DNA of 64,000 nucleotides from Seison nebaliae (Eukaryota): NCBI GenBank assembly GCA_023231475.1, contig JALJEE010003211.1, positions 1 to 64,000 of the forward strand, read 5' to 3'. Shown piece by piece: positions 38,927 to 51,148 of this stretch (position 1 is its first letter; each line of letters starts with the position of its first letter). The notes under the pieces were generated by a model. It saw only the letters and a program-made list of their open reading frames with translations, ran no database searches and was not told where the DNA came from. The position numbers and the translations under genes were made by a program.

Positions 38927-40078
38927 ATGATGAGAAAACGACGGAGAAATTATATTGACACATCAAACCTTTCGTCATTCCTTCGTCCTTTCCTGTGGAA
39001 GAGCATTTCTTTCAAAGAACACAAATGTTCTTCGTTCAACATTCTCATCCTTTTTTCTATTTTTATTCTTTTTCCGATGGATTGCATAACTTTCCGTCGA
39101 ATAGTTTACACGTTCAATTTCGATATTCCAATCACTTTGCATACGATTGGAACTATCTTAAATTTGTGGACAATCATTGTGATATTCCGGTCGAAATTAC
39201 GATTCTATTCTTATTTCAATTTCATTTTGGCCATGTCATTCATGAATCTCACAAATTGCATCATCAAATTTGCCAGAATTGTCGGATATAAATATTTCGA
39301 TATGAACATTTACAATTTGTGGAAACCGGGTGAATATATTCTGAAACATGTCCAATATACCACAACCGATGTCACACATAATATGAGCGTTGCTAGTGCT
39401 GTGGAACGTGTCATTCGCATTTATAATCCAGTCAAAGCGAATAATATGTGTTCATATATCAAATCAATTTTCTTCATATTTTTCGTCATACTTTTCTGGG
39501 TTATAGTCAACGTTTTCATCGTCAAATACAATGAACATATTCATGACAATATTTATAAGCATTACATCCTCTTAACTTATACGCAATGTCTACCAGCCTT
39601 TGCGATGGCAATCACAAATCTCTTCATCATTTTTATTGTTCAACAGAGAAAGAATGTCGATCGACGTTGTCGAAAATTTCGAGAGAGACAAAACAAAAAT
39701 AAATTTCGACCAAACGTCCATATTCCGTTATTGAGAACGGCAATCTCATTGCCCATCTTCTCAATGATATGTAACATTCCTTCTTATGTCTTAGAGATGA
39801 TATATGTCGACATACAATGTCATACCACTAATTATCTATGTCTCTGGCAATTACTATTAAAAACGGTTCATAGACTATTCGGAGTTTTCATGTTCTTCAT
39901 TATCTATGCCGTCAATAAACCGTTTCGTTCAGAAATTAATAATGGACTACGAAAAATTAAGAACCGTCATCAACACATTTCCAATCATTCCCATCGTATA
40001 TATCAACAACATCAACAACAACCAGAGCAACAACAACAACAACAACTGAATGAAAATCAGACATTTCTTTCTAATTAA
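38927..40078 (+). CDS. Class A (rhodopsin-like) GPCR, orphan/peptide-receptor type, intronless
   Basis: Seven hydrophobic segments; GTILN (TM1), SAVERVIRIYNP (DRY region), CNIP (TM6), FFIIYAVNKPFR (TM7/helix 8). Confidence 0.85.
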   Translation: MMRKRRRNYIDTSNLSSFLRPFLWKSISFKEHKCSSFNILILFSIFILFPMDCITFRRIVYTFNFDIPITLHTIGTILNLWTIIVIFRSKLRFYSYFNFILAMSFMNLTNCIIKFARIVGYKYFDMNIYNLWKPGEYILKHVQYTTTDVTHNMSVASAVERVIRIYNPVKANNMCSYIKSIFFIFFVILFWVIVNVFIVKYNEHIHDNIYKHYILLTYTQCLPAFAMAITNLFIIFIVQQRKNVDRRCRKFRERQNKNKFRPNVHIPLLRTAISLPIFSMICNIPSYVLEMIYVDIQCHTTNYLCLWQLLLKTVHRLFGVFMFFIIYAVNKPFRSEINNGLRKIKNRHQHISNHSHRIYQQHQQQPEQQQQQQLNENQTFLSN

Positions 40079-40599
40079 TAAAAATAAATTTTTGAAAAAA
40101 AAATTTCATGTCAATTTCTTTGAAAATGTACAGAAATCTTAAAAGTTGACCGAAGTAACAGATTCTTGAAGAGAAAGGTAAGAAAAATGAGAATTCTTTT
40201 CAGGCTATTTCTTTTTCGATAGTCTCATCAATAAATTTGATCGTTATTGGAAATTTGGATAAAAGTAATTTCCTTTATTTGTTGAAGATAAACAGGTTTT
40301 TTGTGACTCATCGTCTTTTAACATTCAACGATTACGTAATTTCTAAAATCTGATTATTTCCTGTTATTCCTTCCAAATATTTGTTCATTCATATTATAAC
40401 TGACCTCCGAGAACTCCATTGACTCATCTTCCTTCTCTCACAGTTTCCTGATGTTTCGTGGAAGATTCCTTATCCAAATGATCGTATGACTAACTTACAG
40501 TGTCCTTCTAACAACTGTCCGACTTCCATATAAATATCATAAAAAGAGGAAATTCTAAACTATTCAAACTAATAACTCTTCTTTTTTAGTTCAGACACA

Positions 40600-42065
40600 A
40601 TGTTCAATTATTTCAAACATCTTATCTTCCTCTTTCTCATTTCACAAGTATTCTCCGAAATCCAACAAACATCCAACTTATCCAAATTGGTGAACGAAGA
40701 GAAACCCACAAATTCATCAATTCATTCCCAACCAAACGATATTGTTGGAAATATCGAAGATAAGAAACATATTACCATAACGAACAAATCAGATGAAAAT
40801 AATAATTATCAACACTTACCAGTGACAGAAGTTATTCAAATTGAACCTGTTTCCATTTCGGAGGACATATCAATCGATGATAAACATACCATTCGAACTA
40901 CAACCACCAGATATGAAGCAGAGAAAGATAAAAAAGTGAAATTTCAAGATTTCTACCAAACTGACCAAGAAGTTTGTGAGAAGAACAGAATGAAAAAAAA
41001 AATGTTTGGTCATGAAGAATGGCTTCGTTTCACGACAGTTCTATGTATGGTTAATAAAAAATTAATAATAAAAAAGAAATATCATCAATTTCACTTAGGA
41101 AAAAGAATGTCCAAAAGATCAAGAATGTCGTTTGAACAAGGATGGAGAACCGATTTGTATCACAGGTAATTTTTCTTTTTTAATTTCAATTTCAAAATTT
41201 TGTTCTACTTTAATTTCAGGTGAACACTTCGGTTATTGTTTTCCTGCACCTCAAGTATGGTTTCTTGATGGAAAAGTAGGAAATCGAAGCAATGAAGAAA
41301 CTTATTGTACATATGACAGTGAATGTCAATTGAGTCAGAAATGTTGTATGATGCCAGATATGACGATGTCATTAGATAAAGATTCATTGTTTGATGATTG
41401 CTTCCAATCCAATGAGTTATTGTATCGTCTCAAATCAACCAAGAGATGTATCAGTTATATCCATTCAATTCTCGAATAATATCATAAAATTAAAATTTAA
41501 TTTCAGGAGCGTGTCCCCACGTTGGAATTGATTTCAGTAAAAACGAATGTGAATTCGGATACGAAAAAGATGAATTAGGTTGTCCATTGAACAAATGTTT
41601 CGATCCTTGTCAAGGAATTAAATGTCCAGATGGTTTTGAATGTTCTTATGAAACCGTCCAACAATACACAAAACGACATGATCTGGTAGTAAAACAGATT
41701 CAAGAACATTTATTTGGAGTACCGACTAAAACTGAACAAAATGAAAACTGTAAGAAATTTAGTTCGGTGGATTTATTCAAAAAAAACATTCACAATATTT
41801 TCAAAACATTCTCTTCCACGATGGGGAAATGTGCAAGAGGTTAATTCCATTTTACACATAAACATTCTATGAAAATTACGAAAATTTTATTCTAGTTAAA
41901 AAACCAGGAAGCTGTCCTACACCCTTCCTCCCCATCACTCCGATGACAACAACTTACAGTTTCTGTGAGAAGAAAATTGCCTGTTTGGACGATTTCCATT
42001 GTCCACAAACTGATAAATGTTGTTACAATCATCCATGTGGGAAGATTTGCATGGCAGCTGAATAA
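40600..42065 (+). CDS. Secreted Cys-rich protein with WAP four-disulfide-core and antistasin-like modules (putative protease inhibitor)
   Basis: Signal peptide; CTYDSECQLSQKCC; CEFGYEKDELGCPLNKCFDPCQGIKCPDGFEC; KPGSCP...CLDDFHCPQTDKCCYNHPCGKIC. Four short introns. Confidence 0.82.
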
Positions 42066-42615
42066 GACGAAATTTCAACATTTTCACATAAAACCTTCAT
42101 ATTTTTCATAAAATGTTTTAAATAAAAATAATTTTTTAAATTGAAAAAAAATTTATTTAAAACGAAACATCAAAAAAATATCTTGTCATAGAAAATTGAA
42201 TAAAAGTTGGTGATATATTATTTCTGCTACTAACAAGATGCGAACAGATAATAGCCATCGAGCGGCTCAATTTTTCGTACAATCCAAAAAAACATCAAGA
42301 AATTATTAAAGTATAGAACGGTAAAAATGATAATGGAAATAGTATCGGAGTAATATGAATGAAATAAAAAATAATAAGCTTTTCTCTTCAAATTTTAAAG
42401 TTTAAAAAAAAAGAGATGGGAAAAATGTTCAAACAAAAATTGGAAAACGTTTAAAAAAAATGATCTGGAGAAAAATATTTAGTTCTGTTATAAATCGTAA
42501 ATTATAAATTGTAAATACACAATTTAAGGAAAAAAAAATATTTTAAAGTTTAAAATTATCTTTAAAATAGGAACTTCATTTATTAATGTTTATGAAGAAT
42601 AAAATTATGAACGTT

Positions 42616-43371
42616 TCACATTGTCGATTTTTTTATGATAATGTCAGCAAGTAAAATCTTATACATGTCAATTCGACGATTTATATCATCCACTTTCTTC
42701 TCCATAATCTCATTTTTCTTCTTCAAATCATTCCTTCGATTAAACAGGTCTTGTTTGATCGTTTTCTTCTTCTCTCGGTATTTCATCGACGCTTCTTTTT
42801 TTAATCGTTTACGATTGGGGTTTTTTTTTATGTTCTTCCTAGAGGAAGTTGTTATGTCTTTATGAGAGATAAGATTCTCAAAATTTGTCGTTGTAAATTG
42901 ATCGATTGAAGACGAGGATGAGCCAGATGGAGAATTAGAAGCAAAAGATTCAGGAGATGATTCATCTCTATTGACGTGTTGGAACATCATCTTTGAACAA
43001 GAAATTCCTTCATCACTAACATTAGTTCCATCGTCTAGAGAGGGTGAGAAGTAATTCTCGAATGATTCTCCATTTGTCACATTAAATGACAAGTCGTCAT
43101 GTTCTAGTAAATGAGAATTTAGAGTTGGAAATAAATGACAATGACTGAGACGACGATCACAGCTCATGTAGCTATTTTCTTCGTAATTCAGTAATTGAAA
43201 ATCGTCGGATGATGTAAACAGATTCGTTTCATTCTCTGCTCCATCATCACAATTAATTTGATCAGCATTATAATGACGGAGATCATCATTATAATGTGTG
43301 AACGTTGATTGACACTCCGAATAGAGTGGAGCGTCGAACAACAAAATATCGCTGTTTACTTCCTTGGCCAT
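42616..43371 (-). CDS. ATF4: ATF4/ATF5-like bZIP transcription factor
   Basis: C-terminal basic region plus zipper (EASMKYREKKK...LKKKNEIMEKKVDDINRRIDMYKILLADI); DEGISCS resembles the DSGxxxS degron; ATF4-type uORFs upstream. Confidence 0.78.
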   Translation of the reverse strand: MAKEVNSDILLFDAPLYSECQSTFTHYNDDLRHYNADQINCDDGAENETNLFTSSDDFQLLNYEENSYMSCDRRLSHCHLFPTLNSHLLEHDDLSFNVTNGESFENYFSPSLDDGTNVSDEGISCSKMMFQHVNRDESSPESFASNSPSGSSSSSIDQFTTTNFENLISHKDITTSSRKNIKKNPNRKRLKKEASMKYREKKKTIKQDLFNRRNDLKKKNEIMEKKVDDINRRIDMYKILLADIIIKKSTM

Positions 43372-43502
43372 AGTTTTCTACTTGTGTATTTTGGTGGCGG
43401 GTTGCCATTGTTAAACGATTGAATTGATTCATGTTTTTCGAAAGAGAAGACGCTCGCCCGGTCAGTTGGACGTAAACTTGGTTTGTTAACCAATTAAATC
43501 AT
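43289..43502 (-). promoter_or_regulatory. ATF4-type uORF pair in the 5' leader
   Basis: uORF1 ATG-ATT-TAA at 43502-43494; uORF2 at 43432-43289 (47 aa) overlaps the main ORF out of frame by 83 nt. Confidence 0.8.
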
Positions 43503-44171
43503 ATTGATTTACACGTAATAAACGAATCTGTGAAGAAAGAAAAAAATGTCAATTATTATTAAATTAAAAATTATTGTAAAGATACAAAAAAATCTTTTGC
43601 TAGATACTAAGACATTCCATTTTAAAAGATTGAAATAGATTTAAAAAACATTTCCGATGAGAATGAAATTGAATGATATTGAGAAAATGGAATGATAAAA
43701 TAGAATGAAAAGAACATTTTAATAAAAAACCAAATGATTTACAATGAAAAATCGTCAAATGACAATGGGTGTAATTGTCTTCATTTGAGTTTCATAGATG
43801 AAATTTAAGGAAACCATGTGTGTCTTATAATAAGAGAATGAAATACTGTTAATATATGCAGATTTTTCGTTTCTAAATATTTGGCTTGCATAAAAAAATT
43901 TTTAGAAGATAAATAAATTTGTTTTATAATATAAAAATTTAAAGTAGTTGAAGCTTAAAATTAGAAGAATTAAAAAATATTAAAAAAAAGATAAAAAATT
44001 AATTAGGATCCACCGACTGCAATTGTTGGATGGTGAATAAGTAAATCTCTAATTTTCAATGTTAGCTCTTGCGACACACTATTTGTGAACAATTTTTTAT
44101 CGTTAGAAATTTATTAGCTACATTCTATAAAACGTAGAAAGTTAAATTCGTAGAGAATACGTGAAAGAGTT

Positions 44172-45967
44172 ATGTTGGTTTGTGTTTCTTTCTTTCTTTC
44201 TCATATACTCAATTGATTGTTTGATTTGACAGGTTGATTATGATTTATCATATTCGAGAATTATCGATATCGATGAGTTGAGTTGTGCGAATGAAGATCA
44301 ATTTTATTCTTCGACAAATGATATTAATGCGTTGTTGAAACGATTGAAGAATCGAGAAGGAGTTACAAGTATTCGATTAGAAGGTAATAGTTTTTCAGTA
44401 GCTGCATGTGATCTGATCAGTCGTGAATTGATTGAATTCCAATCGTTGAAACGATTAATTATGAATAATTGTTTCACTACTCGTGCGAAAGCAGAAATTC
44501 CACCTTGTCTACGATTCATTGGTGAGGGATTGATAGGAGCGGGATGTGTATTGACCGAACTCAATTTCTCTGATAATGCTTTTGGTCCGATTGGCATAGA
44601 GAATTTGGAGAATTTATTGAAATCGAAATGTTGTGAACATTTGAAGGAATTACGATTGAATAACAATGGATTGGGACCGGAAGGAACATCGAGTTTGGCG
44701 AATATTTTATTGGAGTCGGATTGTCGATCTCTTCGCGTGTTTATTTGTGGGAGAAATCGTGTAGAGAACAAAGGCGCATTTCGATTGGGGAAAATGTTTA
44801 ACGCAATGAAACATTTACAAGAAATTCAAATTATTCAAAATGGAATTAATCATGAAGGTTTAGTCAGTATTATAAAATCCATCGGTCAATTGCCAAATAT
44901 TCGTGTCATTAATTTATCTGACAACACTTTCAAACCTGAAACAATGACGACACTTTGTTCCATCTTATCTCATATTCCAACCATTGAATCAATTCTTATT
45001 AATGATTGTTGCATTGAAAATGATATGACATATGAGATGGTGAGAGCATTCCAAAAGAATAAAAAATCGTTAAAGAATCTCAATTCTTTATCACTTGCTG
45101 GTAATGAATTCACACAGAGAGCAGTCGATGGCGGATTATTAAAATTGACAGAGTGGTTAAATGTCTATATAAAAGAAAATGAATTGCCTAACGAATTTTA
45201 TACATCATCTCGAGCTATCGCTTTCCCTGATCTTAATGAAAATGATGAATTAGATGATTTCGACGATCTTCTAACTAAATGGTACGATTATCTCGATTCA
45301 CAATCACCGAAAATGGACTTGAAATTTCCGAACAATACCAAATGTCCAACCATCTATGAAATCGTCCGGAAACGTTTTCCTGATAATGATGCCATTGAAA
45401 AGTTTGCGTGTATTTTCTCCGTGCTCAATCCACGAGCCAATATCATCAATTACATAATGTCGACTGAACCATCCGCTCTCGTTTTTGGCGACTCTTTCGA
45501 ATATCTTCGAATTCTACTTGACGAAGTTTACAAAACAAAGAAAAGTACTCTAAGTATGGCAACATTATTCAGTAATTTCTATAATGCATTCGAACTGGTA
45601 ATGACAGGATTGGTAGAACGATCTAAATTAAATGAGGTGTCTCTTCTTCAATTCAATTCAATTTTTGCATTCCATCTACATTTGCTTCACGTTTAATTAT
45701 CTTCCTCATTTTCATATTTTTCATATGTCAATTCATTTTTAGATACCTGGTGCCAAATTGGACAAACGAATTAATAATCGGACAGTTTTTGTATTCTTTT
45801 TGATAGAATTGATCGACAGACAAAATGTTTTTCTATCACGAGTCACCATCAACATGTTGAGCGAACTGATAGTTTACGAATTACGATATGAGAAGAACTT
45901 GAAAATGGTCTATCTTTATCAAAAAATAATAATGGCTCTCATTAAATCCCCAGAAAAGACGACTTGA
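44172..45967 (+). CDS. RANGAP1: Ran GTPase-activating protein 1 (LRR), 3 coding exons
   Basis: LEGNSF, CFTTRAKAEIP, LNFSDNAFGPIG, LRLNNNGLG, FICGRNRVENKGA, QNGI, LSDNTF. 6-nt first coding exon (ATG TTG); introns 44178-44232 and 45637-45742. Confidence 0.92.
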
Positions 45968-48900
45968 TAACATTTCACATCAATTTGCTCTTGAATGATT
46001 CAGCTCAAGACCTTTTATATCAAAAATTCTCAATTATTATTTAATTAATGCAATTAATAAAAATTTCTTTTCTTTTGTTTATCTGTTGTTGTTCCGAACA
46101 TGTTAATTTATCATTCATAATTTCATGTGAAATTACAAAATTAACAATTCCATATTTTTATGTGATTTGATGGTAATTGATTGAGGGTAAATAAAAATTA
46201 ATTTAGAATTAATTGTTAATTTAAATTTTCTGCTGCTCCAAATATCTATTCATTTATTTTCTACTTTAATTTCTTGTGCGATAATTATAAAAAAAACTTT
46301 TCTATTCAGAATAATCTTCTCAATTACTGTTGTTGATAGTGGGATCTTCTGACAAGTGAAATTTATCATAATTGACGAAGGAAAATACAATAATATTTCC
46401 ATCATCTTAATCCTAATATGAAAATATCAAACTAACAGTAAAGAAGTAAAGATGAGTGACTATGTCCATTTATTTGAGGAAGGTTGAGTATTGTGGATTG
46501 ATGAAAAATGTCCCACTTAACACTTAACGTTCAAGGAAAAGACAAAGTGAAAGAGAAGTTATTGCAGTAATTTAATGAAAGGATATTGATGAATGATATG
46601 GTTGAATGGACTGATTAGATTCATTGTGAAGAAGTCCAAGTGAATTGCATCATTATGCAAATTATATTAAATGCATCCGATCGAGTTGTGGAGAGTGTGT
46701 GATGGAAAGTAATAGATGGGAATTAAGTTACAAATAAAACTTTTTCATCAAGTTCATATTGAAATGTTTTTGGGAGGTGGATATATAATGTTATTGTATA
46801 TATAAATATACAATACAATATAAATTTTTATTGGGAGATTATTGGTAAAGGAATAAAAAAAAAGGTCGGATTAATTTGAATATTGGAATCGGTTATAATT
46901 CTATCTTATTCCAAACATTTATATGAATCGGGACATTGAAAGTTGATAAAAGATAACGAAAGAGGAACATTTTGTAGACGATTCACCGACCGATTGATGA
47001 CGCAATTAATTTAATTCCGTGACGAGTCTCATTCCGTCAATAAGAGGGAGAATTGTCGATGAATTAGTGGAGATTTATTGATTAATACTTTTTCAATGAT
47101 CGTCAATCATACCGACATTTAGAGAGAAGGAGTTGAAGACTCTGAATGAAGGGAGGGAGTATGTTCCAGAGAAATATCACTGGGAATGATCAATACGAAA
47201 ACTAGAAGGTAAATTAAAAAGAAATCTACGATTTGAACGAAAGATAAATTGAGAATGGGAAGTTCTCCTCCATCCTCGCCAATCAATAATAGAAAATAAA
47301 TATTCCCGTCTTTTATCTCCTCTATCAACGAATCAAGAGAGAGAGAGAGAGGTGAAATTTGTTGAACGAAAATGTTATCGTCAATTGATGTGGCAGAGTT
47401 GGTTCGGTGATTAATGAAATAGTCATTAAGGGAAGAAAAAAGGAGAAAAGCAGACAGATAAGTGGACGGATAAGTTCAGATGTGAAGAATGATTCCAGTT
47501 CGAATGGAGATTGGGAAGAGTGAAGAGATTTTCATAAGACATCCTCTCCCCGAGGACCCGTCCCTTCTTCATTGAAATGTTGTTGTGCATACATCGTTCC
47601 GGAGGAGTTGATAGAATATATTCATCACTCACCTACAAGCCGACTTTATCGATGTATTTCATCGTCGTTTTCCGTTTTCCTACCATTCGTAACGATAAAT
47701 AACTCTTTTGATTTCTTCTATTTCCTTTAACAACGATATTTCATCATCGATGAATGGAGGAATTTATCGTTCCATCCATATCTTATCTTTCTTTTCAACT
47801 TATATTCAATTCCTTCTTCGTGTAACTGATATTTATATAGTTTATTTAATCAATATTTAGTGAGGTAACTCTTTACGTCTCACTATCAACGGTACCTTCC
47901 CAAATTAGTTGAGTAATTACACTGAATAAAGAAACTTTGAAAAATAATATTAATAATATTTATTTAAATTTATCAATTTTTTTAAATTTGTACGATTCTA
48001 CCGTTCTTCCACATTTCTTCCTTACCGTTTATTCTATATGTATGTATCCACATGTATTATATACGTATGTATAAGGTGTTTGGTTTAGCTAGGAAAAAAT
48101 AGAGATACCATCGGCCTTTTCTTAACGCCAAGGATCATTCGCACTTTTCCACATATCTCTTCCAAATCTTATCAACAATGAACTCTTCTTCCCAATCGAG
48201 GAAGGAGGGGTGAGGGAGTAAATTGTTAAGGTATGTGTCCGATCTCGCAAAAGTTGTTTGTTATTAAGAAGAAAGAAGTGCTAAAACAACTTCCAATTTC
48301 ACTCCTTTCCACCCGAAACGAGAGTTAATACAGTTCACATCGGTGTGACCGATCTAGTCGCACGAACCCGAATAAAGTGTATGATAATTCTCAATTCGAC
48401 CAAAAAGACGTTCACAAGAAAACATGTCGAAGCATATCGTCATTTCCATCGATCTTTCTTCTTCTTCATTGACAGAAATAGTTCTCCTTTAAAACTTGTT
48501 GTTGAGTTTCACACTTCCATATGAAAAGGTAATGTAGCAGAAAAGACGAATGAAGGAAATAACATCTGAACGTATCCAATTGTATCATGTATCTGAGATG
48601 AATAAATGAAAATTTACAATTTTGAAATATTTCAATAGGAATCCACAGGATTCCCAATCATTTCTTACATATTAAAATCAAGTTCCATTTCTTTGGGATC
48701 CCATCGAAAATGGTCAACAGTTCACATGAGAACTGTACTATCCATTCTATAGTAAGGTAGTTAAAGTAAACGGGTGACCAACATATAATTTGGTTTCCAT
48801 TTTTCTTTCCAAAAATCTTATTCATAATTCGATGACTTTTGAATTATCTTGTTGAGATGTTAATGAGAATAAACATCATTAGCTTCGTCAATTCTTCTTG

Positions 48901-51148
48901 ATAAGTAACATCGAAAATGACAAACGATTCATAGTGAAGCGTAAGAATGTGAAAAGGCCAAATGGTATGTCAATCAAACTTTTTACTACGAATACTCGAC
49001 AGAAAATAAGAAGAAACTTTCTCTCCCTCCTCCCCCTTCTCCTTCTAATGAAAAGATGAACAGATTTGTTGCTTGTTCAATGTATACACAATTTGCTTCT
49101 ACTAAAAATGAATTTATAAGAACGTATGATCGAAGTAAACTTTTTATTCGTATCGATGTATGGAAAAACCGGAGAAGTTGCCAATTCACTTTTACAACGT
49201 CAAATCGGCGGTACATAAGGAGAGATTAGGAAAATTGTTGTAACTTTGATTTATCTCATCAATACGGAGCATATGAAGAGGAGATATTGGAGGATATTAT
49301 CTCCACAATCAAAAAAGTGGAAGACTAAAATGTTGAGCAAGGCGGAGGAATTTTCTCCACCAATAGAATCGCTATTTGATTGTGACCAGGAAAAGAAGGA
49401 AAATTATTTCTTCCAAATTCGATCTGAGCGGAAATAATAATTTAATAAGAATGGAAATAACTCTTCACATCGCCCATCAGGAATTGGAGAAGATGAATTA
49501 TTTTTTTCTTTAGGGAATGCTCAATCTTCCTCTAGAAAACATACCAATTCGTTTTACTATGTCTCAATTCGTGATAACTACATTTCTCCACCGACCAATC
49601 TCCATGATGAACAGATACTGATATTCGTTTGAACATAAATAAGATAAGAGAATATCGAGAATGTATTTTCTTTCAGAAGACGATGAGAAGAAAAATGAAG
49701 AAGAAATATGAAAAGATTTGTTGATAGTAAAGTTGTTGATAACTTGAGCTAGAGTTCTTTCTAATACACTTTGTTCTTTCCTCAATTCGTGTCCATCTAA
49801 ATTTTGTCTGTTTATAAATACTTGTCAATATCAGTAAAGATAGGCGCTTGTATAACATCAGAATGATTAGTTTGTTTATATGTCAAAATTGTTGGAATGA
49901 TATTCTTTTTCAACACTAACGATGACAACGACACAGTTTCAATTCGGTGTGTCAGTTCGGTTGGAGGGGTAAGGAAAAAATCGGATGGAACTGATGTATG
50001 TTCTTCTATTCTTCTTCTTTTTTCTTCTCCAACTATCATCTCTACTTTCTGGTGATGTCTCTTCTAAGACTCATCTGCTCGCTTAATTTACAATGAATCG
50101 TTTAGACTTCATATTTAGTCAATCGAAACGGTTATTTTTTTGAGTAAGAGAATGAAATGGAATTTCTGATGGACCTATTCCCACACTCGCCACCATTTCC
50201 CCCTGAAAAGAAGTGAGTAGGGAGAAAGTTGGTGTTGAAGGAAAGTATCGAACGATTCTGACTTTCAACATTTTTTTATGGAATGAAACATAAATATCGT
50301 AAGTTTTACAGCAGTTTTTATATGGATACAGTGACGGAGTGACTTGTATACAGACATACAGCATACAAGATAGGTTGTTGGCTGATAGACGCACACACAA
50401 ACAGATAGATGAAAGTAGAAGCAGAGTCATGGATAAAGTTGTATAAATTTGACTAAATGATATTTTCTCATTGTGAATAGTAGTTGTGTTTGATTGCTAA
50501 GAACGTCTATTTGCATCTTAATTTTCAGAAAAAGATATTAGGGAAGAATCGTTTCATAAACATTAATTTCTAGTAAATGGTTTTTTGACTAATTTGGTTC
50601 TTTTTATGAGAGTTACATCTTCTTCCCTTCCCACAGTCTTCATCCTTCTTACACAACAACATGAAATTATGAAAAATTATATAAATATCTTTTTTATCTC
50701 GTTATCTTTCTATTTGGAACTATTTATCTATCGAGTCTAATTATGTTCCATTATCGTATACAAATCGATGTAAGAGAATTGTGTGAATATACATATAGAA
50801 GTTGAGAAATAAATATATATCCGTTATCAACGTTGATGTGCATATGTAGAGAAATTGAAAAGGAGTTTTGATAAAACTTTATAGGAAGACGAGTATATAC
50901 TCAGACATATCAATATAGACTTATATATATATATCTATATAGATATTTAAATATATCTATATATTGATCATTATCTATTTCTCTTTAAATTTCGATGAAG
51001 TATAACTAAAGTTTTATTGAAAATTACATTATTTTATTAAATTACTTTTCATTCTCTTTCTTCGCCTTATCTTTCTGTGTCTCTTTCTTACTCTCTCTCT
51101 TCAAAATTATATATACATTTTTTCTTTCCGTTTAATGATATAGAAGTA

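Noticed and set aside
44304..44771. Long antisense ORFs over RanGAP (and likewise over Hox2, NCoR and the toxin-like gene)
   Set aside because: Shadow frames of real CDSs with no independent evidence.
48109..48140. tcggcctttt...gatca reminiscent of the U2 snRNA 5' end
   Set aside because: No GTAGTA branch-pairing motif and no Sm site follow.
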